In this document: piece after piece, positions 38,409-47,816 of the stretch
Numbering within the stretch: the stretch's first letter is position 1
How the letters are laid out: every line of letters starts with the position of its first letter
NCBI GenBank assembly: GCA_016286995.1
Contig: JAEEVA010000012.1
Coordinates: 6,372 to 70,371, forward strand
Origin: Prevotella sp.
GTDB taxonomy: Bacteria > Bacteroidota > Bacteroidia > Bacteroidales > Bacteroidaceae
DNA: 64,000 bases
Direction: 5' to 3'
Translations under genes and position numbers: made by a program
The notes under the pieces: generated by a model
Databases searched by the model: none
What the model was told of the DNA's origin: nothing
What the model saw: the letters and a program-made list of their open reading frames with translations, nothing else

Positions 38409-39005
38409 TTACTGATTGCTCTTGACCACCCTGGCCTCTCGCCTCCATTTGAAATAGCCTGCTATGGCAATGACGTTGTAAAGTCCGTAGAGGAAGATGT
38501 AGTAGGGCATGTCTGTCTGTGCGTAGACGATACAGCTGATGGTATTGGCTACTATCCAGAAGAACCACTGTTCCAAGAACTTGCGCGACAACGCCCACAA
38601 TCCTACAATTGAGACGGCGTTGGTCAGCGATTCCAGCGTGGGCGTGGGAGAATCGGTAAACCTGACGAGGACATAGCATGTAACGCCCCAAAGCACAAGG
38701 ATAACAGCGACGACAGGGAGGTAGAACCGTCGTGGCATGTAGACAATGGGCAACGGCTGGTGTGTTTCCCTTGTCTTCCTGAATTTCCATACGGCAAGTC
38801 CGTAGAAAGCTGCCGCTGTATAGTAGCAGGTCAGGGCTACAAAGGCATAGAGACCGTGACTCCAATAGAGATACACCTGCATGGCAGGCATGACGATGCC
38901 TACTACCCAAAGCCAGATACTGGCTTTGTACTCGAGCCAGATGTATATCAGCCCGAGTATCGTGGTTACTATCTCTAACCAGTTGGAAGCCAGATAATCT
39001 GTCAT
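38409..39005 (-). CDS. pnuC: PnuC-family transporter, probably thiamine-specific (PnuT)
   Basis: PnuC-type hydrophobic pattern ('RKFLEQWFFW', 'GYFKW') within the TPP operon. Confidence 0.85.
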   Translation of the reverse strand: MTDYLASNWLEIVTTILGLIYIWLEYKASIWLWVVGIVMPAMQVYLYWSHGLYAFVALTCYYTAAAFYGLAVWKFRKTRETHQPLPIVYMPRRFYLPVVAVILVLWGVTCYVLVRFTDSPTPTLESLTNAVSIVGLWALSRKFLEQWFFWIVANTISCIVYAQTDMPYYIFLYGLYNVIAIAGYFKWRREARVVKSNQ

Positions 39006-39029
39006 ATTCTCTCTCTGCCCTCCTGTTCC

Positions 39030-41345
39030 TTAGAAGTTCAACGACAGGTGCGCCATCATGTTGAAAGGTGCAGAAGGAGCGAAACCTGCTGCTCCGCTGT
39101 CACGTATGCCCCACTCATTGACGGCTTTCACTGTGCCACCTTCGCTGATGAGCTGAGGTGCTGCCCAGCCATTATTGTCGAACTTGGCACTGAAGATGTT
39201 ATAGAAGGTGGCTCCGACTGTGGCCGACTGCAGCCCAATCTTCTTACATGTGAAAGTGTACGACAAGTCTATATTCGTAGTGAAATGGTTTTTCAGCTGC
39301 AGAGTTTCCAGAGTCTTATTACCCTGCTCGTCCATACATTCCATATCCTTGAATCCGGTATTGGTCAGATATTGGTCGCCCACATACTGGCTTTGGACAC
39401 TGGCTTTCAGGCCCTGCCAGGTGAATGTAAAGATGTTGTTGGCAATGAGGTCGGGCGAGAAAGCCAGCGGCTGGTCGCCCAGGTTGACATTCGTGCCGTC
39501 AGTCAGGGTCACCACCATATCTTTCACGCGATTCCGACTCCACGTGGCGTTGATATCCCAGCGGAACCACTCTACAGGCATCCATGCTGCTTCCAGCTCT
39601 ATACCCAAGCGATAACTCTTATCCAAGTTCTTTGTCAACGCCTCACCAATGGCATTCAGCTCACCTGTCAGCACTAATTGGTCCTTGTAGTCCATCCAGT
39701 AGAAATTGGCTCCTGCCGAGAAGTGAGGGCTTTGGTATTTGTAGCCTACCTCTAAATCGTTCAGTCGCTCAGCCTTGGCAACGACATCCTGACGGTCGGG
39801 GTTGGCAATTTGCTGCATAAAGTTATTGCGTACTGGTTCTTTATGACCTATACCATACGAGGCATACACCTTGTGGCGGGTATTGATGTCATAGTTGAAA
39901 CCGAATTTGGGGTTAAAGAAGTTATAGTGGTTATCAATAACGTAACGCTTGTCTGCATTCACACCATACGCCACTGTGGGGTCTTGCAGCTTGTAGCCTA
40001 CATGGCGGTATTGCAGGTCGAGGTAGGCACGCAGGTTCCTGACAAACTCGTATTCAGCCTTTCCATAGATATTGAAATCTGTCTTGCGCGAATGATTGCG
40101 ATAGTATTCGAAGTCAGGAGACAGCGAGGCCGGCTCCGGCACAGTAGTTTCCACGCCTGGCTTAGCCCACACAATGTGTCCGAACTGGTCACCTGAGTAT
40201 CTGTTCCATGCGCCTCCGAAAACGGCCTGCAGGTTCTTGCGATTGTTATAGTTCAGCGAGGCTACAATACCATAGAAATCGTTGTCCATTTTCTGCTGAT
40301 CAGCCAAATCCTCCTGAACATTATTGTCAATGCTCAGACCGAAGGTCTTCCACGATGTTCCATACAACATCTGGGTGGATGCACTCTGGTATTGTTGGTA
40401 GTAGCCCTGGCCCTTAGTGTAGTGCAGTCCTACGTTCGAATTCAACTCGTTGCTGATACGCTGGTTCCATATCAACTGGTAGTTTTGCTGATGGTAGTTG
40501 TCTGTCTGGTCATTGTAATAGCCTGATGGATTGCCGTTGTCATCATAGCCCATCACACCACACGAGTTATAGCGACGACCATAAAGGCTCTGCTCGTATT
40601 TGGACGTATAGTTCCAGGCGTGGTAGGTTTCTTCGATGCCGTTCCAAGTAATGAGTTTCACTACTGTGTTGTCGCTGAAGTAACCACCCTGAATCAGATA
40701 GCTGTTCAGCTTAGTAGAGGCGCGCTCCAGATAGCCTTTCGAGCCGATGTTGCTGAGTCGGCCCTGTATGCCCCAATGCTCGCCCAGTATTCCAGTGCCA
40801 AAACGCAGCGTCTCCTTATGGCTGTAGTATGAACCGCCACTGAGGTCAAGCCCGACAAACGGCTTCATGCCGATATTCTCAGTCTGCATGTTCAGCGTTG
40901 CACCGAATGCTCCGGCACCATTTGTTGACGTACCCACACCACGCTGTATCTGCATGGACTGCACACTTGAGGCAAAGTCGCCCATATTCACCCAAAACAC
41001 AGTGGCACTCTCTGCATCGTTCAAGGGAATGCCGTTGGCAGTGATGTTGATGCGGCTGGGGTCAGTACCTCTTACGCGCAACGAGGTGTATCCAATACCA
41101 TTGCCTGCATCTGAAGTTATTGTGATGCTCGGCGTCAGCGACAGCAGGTACGGAACGTCCTGTCCGTAATTCACTGCTTTCAGCTGTTCCTTACTCATGT
41201 CCGTAAATGCAACGGGGGTTTTCTTCGAAGCACGCGTAGATACTACCTGAACATTCTGCAGTTCCACTGTTTTCAACGTGTCCAACTCGTCGGCCTGGGC
41301 TGTCAAGGTGCCCAATAAAGCCATCATCATCAATCCTTTTTTCAT
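39030..41345 (-). CDS. TonB-dependent receptor, probably for thiamine
   Basis: Plug motif 'IQRGVGTSTNGAGAFGA', C-terminal Phe, and position downstream of a TPP riboswitch. Confidence 0.88.
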   Translation of the reverse strand: MKKGLMMMALLGTLTAQADELDTLKTVELQNVQVVSTRASKKTPVAFTDMSKEQLKAVNYGQDVPYLLSLTPSITITSDAGNGIGYTSLRVRGTDPSRINITANGIPLNDAESATVFWVNMGDFASSVQSMQIQRGVGTSTNGAGAFGATLNMQTENIGMKPFVGLDLSGGSYYSHKETLRFGTGILGEHWGIQGRLSNIGSKGYLERASTKLNSYLIQGGYFSDNTVVKLITWNGIEETYHAWNYTSKYEQSLYGRRYNSCGVMGYDDNGNPSGYYNDQTDNYHQQNYQLIWNQRISNELNSNVGLHYTKGQGYYQQYQSASTQMLYGTSWKTFGLSIDNNVQEDLADQQKMDNDFYGIVASLNYNNRKNLQAVFGGAWNRYSGDQFGHIVWAKPGVETTVPEPASLSPDFEYYRNHSRKTDFNIYGKAEYEFVRNLRAYLDLQYRHVGYKLQDPTVAYGVNADKRYVIDNHYNFFNPKFGFNYDINTRHKVYASYGIGHKEPVRNNFMQQIANPDRQDVVAKAERLNDLEVGYKYQSPHFSAGANFYWMDYKDQLVLTGELNAIGEALTKNLDKSYRLGIELEAAWMPVEWFRWDINATWSRNRVKDMVVTLTDGTNVNLGDQPLAFSPDLIANNIFTFTWQGLKASVQSQYVGDQYLTNTGFKDMECMDEQGNKTLETLQLKNHFTTNIDLSYTFTCKKIGLQSATVGATFYNIFSAKFDNNGWAAPQLISEGGTVKAVNEWGIRDSGAAGFAPSAPFNMMAHLSLNF

Positions 41346-41400
41346 TGTTTCTTTTTACCTTATTTATTAAAATATAAAAATAAGGGGCTTCTGCTACTCT

Positions 41401-41478
41401 ATCATTCCTACGCCGGCATTACCCGTATCAGGTTCGAGGGTATCATCTCAGCTGCCAAACAGGACAGCACCCCTTGAT
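41401..41478 (-). ncRNA. TPP riboswitch
   Basis: The minus strand reads GGGGTGC...GCTGAGA-TGATACCC-TCGAACCTGAT-ACGGGTAATGCCGGCGTAGGAA. A downstream GCCCCTT (about 41382-41388) can pair with the 5' AAGGGG. Confidence 0.93.
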
Positions 41479-41503
41479 AACATCAAATTTTAAATGACAG
41501 CAG

Positions 41504-41587
41504 TGCCGCGAGCGGGACTCGAACCCGCACAGCCTTTATGGCCAAGGGATTTTAAGTCCCTCGTGTCTACCATTCCACCATCGCGGC
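41504..41587 (-). tRNA. tRNA-Leu (anticodon TAA)
   Basis: GCCGCGA acceptor stem, GGTAGAC D-loop, CTTAAAA anticodon loop, long variable arm and GGTTCGAGTCC. TACCTTTG promoter at 41615-41622. Confidence 0.96.
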
Positions 41588-41753
41588 AGCAGACTGCTTC
41601 ATGCAAATCGGGTGCAAAGGTAGTGTAAACCGAGCAAAATGCAAAATAAATTAAGAATTATTTTCATTTATCAAAAATAATCACTACTTTTGTGGCATCA
41701 TTTCAAGAAAATAAGCAATTAGAAAACTAAATAACCCTCAAAACAGCAACACA

Positions 41754-43355
41754 ATGAAAAAACTATTTCTGATGGCTACGGCAATACTCACCATGGCCAT
41801 GACAAGCAACAATGCAAGTGCAGCCAATGCCATCAAGGCTACCATTCATGCCGACCAGCCTGGCGCAAAAATCAACCGTGAAATCTACGGACAGTTCTCT
41901 GAACACCTTGGCTCGTGCATCTACGGAGGCCTCTGGGTGGGCGAACAATCGCCGATTCCCAACATCAACGGTTACCGTAAGGATGTCTTCGAGGCACTGA
42001 AGGCGCTGAAGATTCCCGTCATGCGCTGGCCTGGCGGCTGCTTTGCTGACGACTACCACTGGATGGACGGCATCGGTCCGAAGAGTCAGCGGCCGTCGCT
42101 GCGCAACAACAACTGGGGCGGCACCATCGAGGACAACTCGTTTGGCACCCATGAGTTCCTGAACCTCTGCGAGATGCTTGACTGCGAGCCGTATATCAGT
42201 GGCAATGTCGGTTCCGGCACGGTGAAGGAGATGGCCCAGTGGGTGGAGTACATGACCAGCGACGGCGACACGCCGATGGCTCGTCTGCGTCGTCAGAACG
42301 GCCGCGACAAGGCCTGGAACGTCAAATACTTCGGCATTGGCAACGAGGCCTGGGGCTGTGGTGGCAACATGACGCCAGAATACTACTCGAACGAGTACCG
42401 TAAATTCAATACCTACCTGCGTGACCAGGGCGACAACCACCTCTACCGCATTGCCAGTGGTGCCAGCGACTATGACTACAACTGGACCAAGGTGCTCATG
42501 GAGAATATCGGCAACCGCATGCAGGGTGTTTCCCTACATTATTATACATGTACGGGCTGGGACGGTCCCAAGGGCTCTGCCACCAAGTTTGACAACGATC
42601 AATACTACTGGGCATTGGGCAAGTGTCTCGAGATTGAGGACGTCATCAAGCGCCACAAAGCCATCATGGATGAGGCCGACCCCCAGAACACTATCGGACT
42701 GCTCGTCGACGAGTGGGGAACGTGGTGGGACGAGGAGCCAGGCACCATCGCCGGCCACCTCTACCAGCAGAATGCCCTGCGCGACGCCTTCGTGGCTTCT
42801 CTCTCGCTGAACGTGTTCCATCGTCATACCGACCGTGTCAAGATGGCGAATATCGCACAGGTCGTCAACGTCCTGCAGTCGATGATTCTCACCGACCAGG
42901 AGGGTACTGGTCACATGGTACTCACGCCCACCTACCACGTCTTCGAGATGTATACGCCGTTCCAGGAAGCCACCTACCTGCCCGTCGACCTCGACAGCGA
43001 GATTTTGCAGGTCAGCAAGGCCTATTTCAAGGAGAAAGAAGGAGCCCGTGATGCCGGCTATCGTCCCTGTCCTTTGCTGTCGGCATCCGCTGCCAAGACC
43101 AACGACGACAGCATCGTGCTGGCCATCACCAATGTCTCATTAGACAAAGACCAAGCTGTCGACTTCCAACTGGACGGCTATCAGGCCAAGCAGGTGTCAG
43201 GACGCATCCTCACCTCGAAGAATGTTGCTGACTTCAACGACTTCCAGCATCCCAACCTTGTGCAGCCTGCCGACTTCCGCGATGCCAAGGTGAAGAAGGG
43301 TGTGCTCTCTGTCAACATCCCTGCCAAGTCAATCGTCGTACTCACCATCAAGTAG
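41754..43355 (+). CDS. GH51 alpha-L-arabinofuranosidase
   Basis: 'GQFSEHLG', 'RWPGGCFAD', 'GIGNEAWG', 'VDEWGTW', '[12 protein letters not shown]'. Confidence 0.93.
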   Translation: MKKLFLMATAILTMAMTSNNASAANAIKATIHADQPGAKINREIYGQFSEHLGSCIYGGLWVGEQSPIPNINGYRKDVFEALKALKIPVMRWPGGCFADDYHWMDGIGPKSQRPSLRNNNWGGTIEDNSFGTHEFLNLCEMLDCEPYISGNVGSGTVKEMAQWVEYMTSDGDTPMARLRRQNGRDKAWNVKYFGIGNEAWGCGGNMTPEYYSNEYRKFNTYLRDQGDNHLYRIASGASDYDYNWTKVLMENIGNRMQGVSLHYYTCTGWDGPKGSATKFDNDQYYWALGKCLEIEDVIKRHKAIMDEADPQNTIGLLVDEWGTWWDEEPGTIAGHLYQQNALRDAFVASLSLNVFHRHTDRVKMANIAQVVNVLQSMILTDQEGTGHMVLTPTYHVFEMYTPFQEATYLPVDLDSEILQVSKAYFKEKEGARDAGYRPCPLLSASAAKTNDDSIVLAITNVSLDKDQAVDFQLDGYQAKQVSGRILTSKNVADFNDFQHPNLVQPADFRDAKVKKGVLSVNIPAKSIVVLTIK

Positions 43356-43376
43356 TAAGCGGAACAGGAAGCTGAT

Positions 43377-44306
43377 ATGAAAACGATTCTGTTATCCTTG
43401 CTGATGATGTGTGCTGTGAGCGTCTCAGCACAGGACCATGTGGAGAACCGTGGTTTCAAGGCGCTGTTGAATGGAAAGATTGCCGTCGAGGTTGCCTTCC
43501 AGACTGCCTGTCACAACGGCGAATGGCGTACGGCCGGCTATATCTACTATCCTAAGGCCAAGACACCAGCTCCCATACTGATTGTTGAGAATTGGGGCAA
43601 GGAGAAGCCTGTCGTTTCTGACGAGGACAACGTGTTTGACAACCGTTTCGTAGAGTATCAGCCCGACGGTGAGACGACGGGCATACTCTATCTGACGTAT
43701 GCAGAAGTGGAGGGTGACTTCCAGATGCAGAAAGGCTCGTGGAAGAATCCCACCACGGGGAAAGTGATGAAGCTGTCCCAGTTCGAAGAGATGCGTGAAC
43801 TGCCCAGTTGGTGGCCAGGGTCACCCGCGGTACTCACGGCACCTGGACGCGATGCCTGGACATTCCTGTACAAGTTGGAAGACAAATACGACGAGACGGG
43901 CGACAGCGAGTGGATGAACTCCATCAGCGTGACCTTCATGGCAAACGACAAGGAGCAGTTCAGCTTCGAGGAGCCACTGAATGGAGCCGTCGACAGCTCC
44001 ATGGAGGAGTCGTTGACGTGGATTACGGAGGATGACATCAACTTCGACGGCATCTCCGACGTGATGATCTACCTGGGTCTGACCATCAGGGCGCAGTCGC
44101 TCTACAAGGCCTTTGTGTGGAACCCTGTCACCCGCCAGTTCTATGAAGTCAAAGCCTTCGAAGAAATACAGGAACCCGAATTCGACAAGAAGGCCAAGAC
44201 CATCACCAGCTATGCCCGCGACGTGAACGCTCTGTACATTGATACCTTCAAATGGAAAAACGGCAAACTAACTCAGGTATCCAGCAAGAAAGAAACGCTT
44301 GAATAG
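43377..44306 (+). CDS. Exported hypothetical protein (C-terminal DxNFDG...WNP...F region)
   Basis: Signal peptide and 'DINFDGISD'. Confidence 0.6.
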   Translation: MKTILLSLLMMCAVSVSAQDHVENRGFKALLNGKIAVEVAFQTACHNGEWRTAGYIYYPKAKTPAPILIVENWGKEKPVVSDEDNVFDNRFVEYQPDGETTGILYLTYAEVEGDFQMQKGSWKNPTTGKVMKLSQFEEMRELPSWWPGSPAVLTAPGRDAWTFLYKLEDKYDETGDSEWMNSISVTFMANDKEQFSFEEPLNGAVDSSMEESLTWITEDDINFDGISDVMIYLGLTIRAQSLYKAFVWNPVTRQFYEVKAFEEIQEPEFDKKAKTITSYARDVNALYIDTFKWKNGKLTQVSSKKETLE

Positions 44307-44336
44307 TGTCTGCACAAGAGAAAGACGCCATCATAA

Positions 44337-44364
44337 ACCCCGCTGCTCATCACGAGCAGCGGGG
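44337..44364 (+). terminator. Intrinsic terminator
   Basis: ccccgctgctc-atcac-gagcagcgggg followed by tcattttt. Confidence 0.75.
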
Positions 44365-44462
44365 TCATTTTTGGAAGCATTGTGCTTTGATGAGATGACA
44401 ATCGTTCACGCATCGCAGCTAAAAAATAAAATAAATATATATGATTGCACCCAATCATCAAT

Positions 44463-44718
44463 GTAGACATAGTAACCTTTCTTTTTAGACATAATAACAT
44501 AATAACTTTTTTAGACATAGTAACATATTAACATGTTGTTGTTTTATTCTTTATCAACGTTATGAATATCTTGTTATTATGTTAATCTGTCTTTTTCCGT
44601 TAATTTGTCCCTTTCTTTGTTAATATGTTAATCTGTCTTTTCCCGTTAATTTGTCTCTTTCTACGTTATAAATATCTTGTTAATATGTTAATCTGTCTTT
44701 TTCCGTTATTCTGTCTTT
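44463..44718. repeat. Multicopy array of the TTAGACATA / TGTTAATCTGTCTTTTT repeat family
   Basis: Three TAGACATA(A/G)TAAC units and three ATGTTAATCTGTCTTTT units, the same motifs seen at 3716-3775 and 27773-27824. Confidence 0.75.
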
Positions 44719-44719
44719 A

Positions 44720-44900
44720 AAAACAAAGCCCTTCGACCCATCGCAGGCCGAGAGGCCCCTTCTAACTATAAAATTCATTATGAAATTGGGCCCTGCGCAC
44801 CTCGCGGTGCCGTGCTTTTGTTGGCCCGGGATTAATTTTTACTTAAACCAATAATTATTATTAAATGGGCCTTGCACCTCACGGTGCATTGTCATCGGCC
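44720..44900 (-). ncRNA. Candidate structured sRNA with three GGCC-closed GNRA-like hairpins
   Basis: gcacc-GUGA-ggugc, gcacc-GCGA-ggugc and ccu-GCGA-ugg; the last hairpin is followed by UUUGUUUUU. Confidence 0.45.
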
Positions 44901-45009
44901 TAAACGTTAATATCTCATTTCATAATCTTTCTTCATCTTACATCTGTTTTAGGCTTTTCAATATCGTTTAAGATACTGCCTTATAACAGATAAGCTTTTT
45001 GATTCAAAT

Positions 45010-45073
45010 CCAAATTCAGTGAATTTGCTGACCAAATTCAGTGAAATTGGTGACCAAATTCAGTGAATTTGCT
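45010..45073. repeat. Three 22-bp tandem units, each with an internal palindrome
   Basis: ccaaattcagtgaatttgctga x3 (CAAATTCA-G-TGAATTTG). Confidence 0.85.
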
Positions 45074-45502
45074 TTGTAAAATGAGTCCATTCACATTGTA
45101 ATATGAATCGTTTTACTTGCTTAGAGTTTATTAACCACCGCCCAGAGAGGCTGTCCCCTCTGAGCGGTGAGAGTTATTTACCAGTCTTCGTCCTCGTCTT
45201 CGTCGAAGTCGAAGCCATGACCTAATGCATCACCAGTGGCATTACCACTTTGAGGAGTGATCCTACCGCCACTACTTCCATTTATCTTATTTAAATAAGA
45301 CAGTTTGCCACGTGCTTCGACCTTGTTTGCTACGTACTTCAGCCCTGCTTGCTACTGGGCGGACAAGGTGTATGGGTGGTCGGCATAAATGTTATGTAAA
45401 GTTAAGTTTTGTCATAAAAAGTGCTTTATATTTGGCCATGTAATATAAAAGCGTTAATTTCGCGACAGAAACAAACTATGTAGTTTTTCCCAACACAGAA
45501 TA

Positions 45503-46393
45503 ATGATAATGGAAACAAGAGTATTACGCGAGATTACGCCGCTAGGTGACAATGACTTCATGTATGTGGCTGACCGCCATAAAAAGGAGTTTGACTATCC
45601 CATTCATGTTCATGACGTACTGGAACTGAACTTCGTGGCTAATGCTGCGGGGGCACGGCGCGTGGTAGGCGATTCAAGCGAAGTGATAGACAATCTAGAC
45701 TTAGTGCTTATAACCAGTCCCAATTTGGAACATGTGTGGGAGCAACATGAATGCAAGAATGATGACATCCACGAGGTGACGGTGCAGTTCAGACTATATT
45801 TCGAAATGCCTACATCGCCATTCAGGTATAATTCGCACAAGTCCATCTTTCGCATGCTGGTCAGGGCGAAACGTGGATTGGCTTTTCCTCCTGAGGCCAT
45901 TATGCTGGTCTATCACCGTCTTGTCAAGCTTTCCTCTATCGAGGAGAGATTCTTGGCCGTACAGGAGTTTTTCTTTATACTCTATGAATTGTCTAAGTTT
46001 GACGATGCCCGTGAACTGGCTACCACAGCGTTTGCCAAGGTCGAGGTGGAGAGTGAATCGAAACGAATCTTGAAGGTGAAGAATTATATTGACGAGCACT
46101 ACAAAGAGGAGATGAGTCTGGAGCAGTTGGCCGGCCTTGTGGGAATGACATCTACGGCCTTTAGCCGTTACTTCAGGCAGTCCACGGGAAAAAACCTCTC
46201 AGAGTATATTATCGATATTCGTCTGGGGCATGCCTCCCGCATACTGATAGACACCGCCGACAGCATCAGCGAGATTTGTTGGAGAACGGGCTTCAATACG
46301 CTCTCTAATTTCAACCGTCTTTTCCGTAAGCGCAAGGGGTGCAGTCCCACGGAATTCCGTAGGAAGTACCAGAAGACAAAGGTTATCGTTTAA
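45503..46393 (+). CDS. AraC-family transcriptional regulator
   Basis: Cupin 'YPIHVHDVLELN' and C-terminal HTH 'GFNTLSNFNRLFRKRKGCSPTEFR'. Confidence 0.93.
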   Translation: MIMETRVLREITPLGDNDFMYVADRHKKEFDYPIHVHDVLELNFVANAAGARRVVGDSSEVIDNLDLVLITSPNLEHVWEQHECKNDDIHEVTVQFRLYFEMPTSPFRYNSHKSIFRMLVRAKRGLAFPPEAIMLVYHRLVKLSSIEERFLAVQEFFFILYELSKFDDARELATTAFAKVEVESESKRILKVKNYIDEHYKEEMSLEQLAGLVGMTSTAFSRYFRQSTGKNLSEYIIDIRLGHASRILIDTADSISEICWRTGFNTLSNFNRLFRKRKGCSPTEFRRKYQKTKVIV

Positions 46394-46400
46394 GTGAAAA

Positions 46401-47816
46401 GTGCCAGCGATGAGGAAGTTTGGATTAATAGGAATCTCAACTATAGTAATGGTTCTCTGGGCTGTTGCTATTTGGTGCTTCTTTCAGTTTTGGTATCCTT
46501 ACCACTTCTTTTTTCAGGAGCAAAACCAAATCTTCCTTTGTTCGTGGGATTATATCTCCACCTATTTTGATAAGTCTGGCGGATTAGCCCGTCTCGCTGG
46601 CGATTTTCTCACGCAGTTCTATTATTATCTCTACCTCGGAGCTATTATCCTTGTATCCTGTCTGCTCCTTATGGGTACCTTATGGTACAAGGCGCTCAGG
46701 AACTTCAAGGTCAGAAAGTCCGTTGTCCTGATAACGGCATTAGTGATGATGACTTTCGTGGCTGTCTGCCATTTCAGCATAAGCTACCGTCTCTCATCTA
46801 CCATTTCCATCATAGGCTGGACGTTTCTATTATGGCTGGTATCACTGATGTCTGGATGGAAAAGGCGACTGGTGCTGCTGGCTCTCGCCGTGCTACCTGC
46901 CTATCTGCTTTTCGGTCTGCCAGAGGTCAAGAAAATACAGGGACCAGACATGGTGCTGGAGAAAGACTTCGCCGTGGATTGTGAATATTATTTTGGCAAC
47001 CATGATAAGGTTATCAAGATGGTGGAAAGTGAAAACAAATGGACGGACCAGATGCTCTTCTTCTATAACCTTGCCCAAGCCCAGCGTGGCAAGCTACCCG
47101 ACCATCTGCTGGATTTCACCCAGAACTTTTTAGGAACCTTCGAACAGATAGGTCCAGATACACCTTTGCTCACCATCCGCAACATGAACGAGCTCTACTG
47201 GGCCTTAGGCGACATGACCTTTACGGAACGGGCAGCGATGATGACCAATGTTTTCTCGCACAACAACCGAAATGTGCGTATGATGCGACGATTGGCAGAG
47301 TGTAACATCGTCAGTGGCGATACGCTGGCTGCAGAAAAGTACCTGCGCATCCTTGACAAGACACTCGTCTATCGTTCATGGGCAGACCGTCTGAGGCAGC
47401 ATGGTAAGGAGATTTACAAGGAGAAAATGAAGATGGTAAACCGCCGCGACACAATTACCATCAGCGACAATGCCCATTTCCTGATGATGCAGCTGCTCGA
47501 TGCCAACCCAGACAACACTGTTGCCCTCGACTATATTCTCTGTAGTACCCTGTTATTGAAAGACATTGACAACTTCAAGCGCGACTACGACCGCTATTGT
47601 ATTGAGACTGGCAAACCGCGTCTGAAGCCTCTCTATCAAGAAGCATTGTGCATCTGGTTGGCTGGCTCAGAAGCCTCCCAGGAAGAGTGGCAGCAGTATA
47701 TCAAGATGAACGATGTCATGCAGCGGTTCATTGAATATAACAATCAGCGAGGTAGCACCAAGTTCAAGGGCTCTTATTGGTATTATTTCGATAAGACAAA
47801 AGCACCAGAGATATGA
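46401..47816 (+). CDS. DUF6057-like membrane protein (copy 1)
   Basis: 'FQEQNQIF...GGLARLAGDFLTQFYY', N-terminal TMs and a TPR-like C-terminus. Confidence 0.7.
   Translation: MPAMRKFGLIGISTIVMVLWAVAIWCFFQFWYPYHFFFQEQNQIFLCSWDYISTYFDKSGGLARLAGDFLTQFYYYLYLGAIILVSCLLLMGTLWYKALRNFKVRKSVVLITALVMMTFVAVCHFSISYRLSSTISIIGWTFLLWLVSLMSGWKRRLVLLALAVLPAYLLFGLPEVKKIQGPDMVLEKDFAVDCEYYFGNHDKVIKMVESENKWTDQMLFFYNLAQAQRGKLPDHLLDFTQNFLGTFEQIGPDTPLLTIRNMNELYWALGDMTFTERAAMMTNVFSHNNRNVRMMRRLAECNIVSGDTLAAEKYLRILDKTLVYRSWADRLRQHGKEIYKEKMKMVNRRDTITISDNAHFLMMQLLDANPDNTVALDYILCSTLLLKDIDNFKRDYDRYCIETGKPRLKPLYQEALCIWLAGSEASQEEWQQYIKMNDVMQRFIEYNNQRGSTKFKGSYWYYFDKTKAPEI

Noticed and set aside
41504-41587. tRNA-Leu as an island integration site
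   Set aside because: I found no duplicated tRNA 3' end and no integrase in the window.
44463-44718. Possible degenerate CRISPR array
   Set aside because: The repeats are short and irregularly spaced, and the intervening sequences are themselves repetitive.
45010-45073. Possible CRISPR array
   Set aside because: The units are directly adjacent with no unique spacers, and there are no cas genes in the window.
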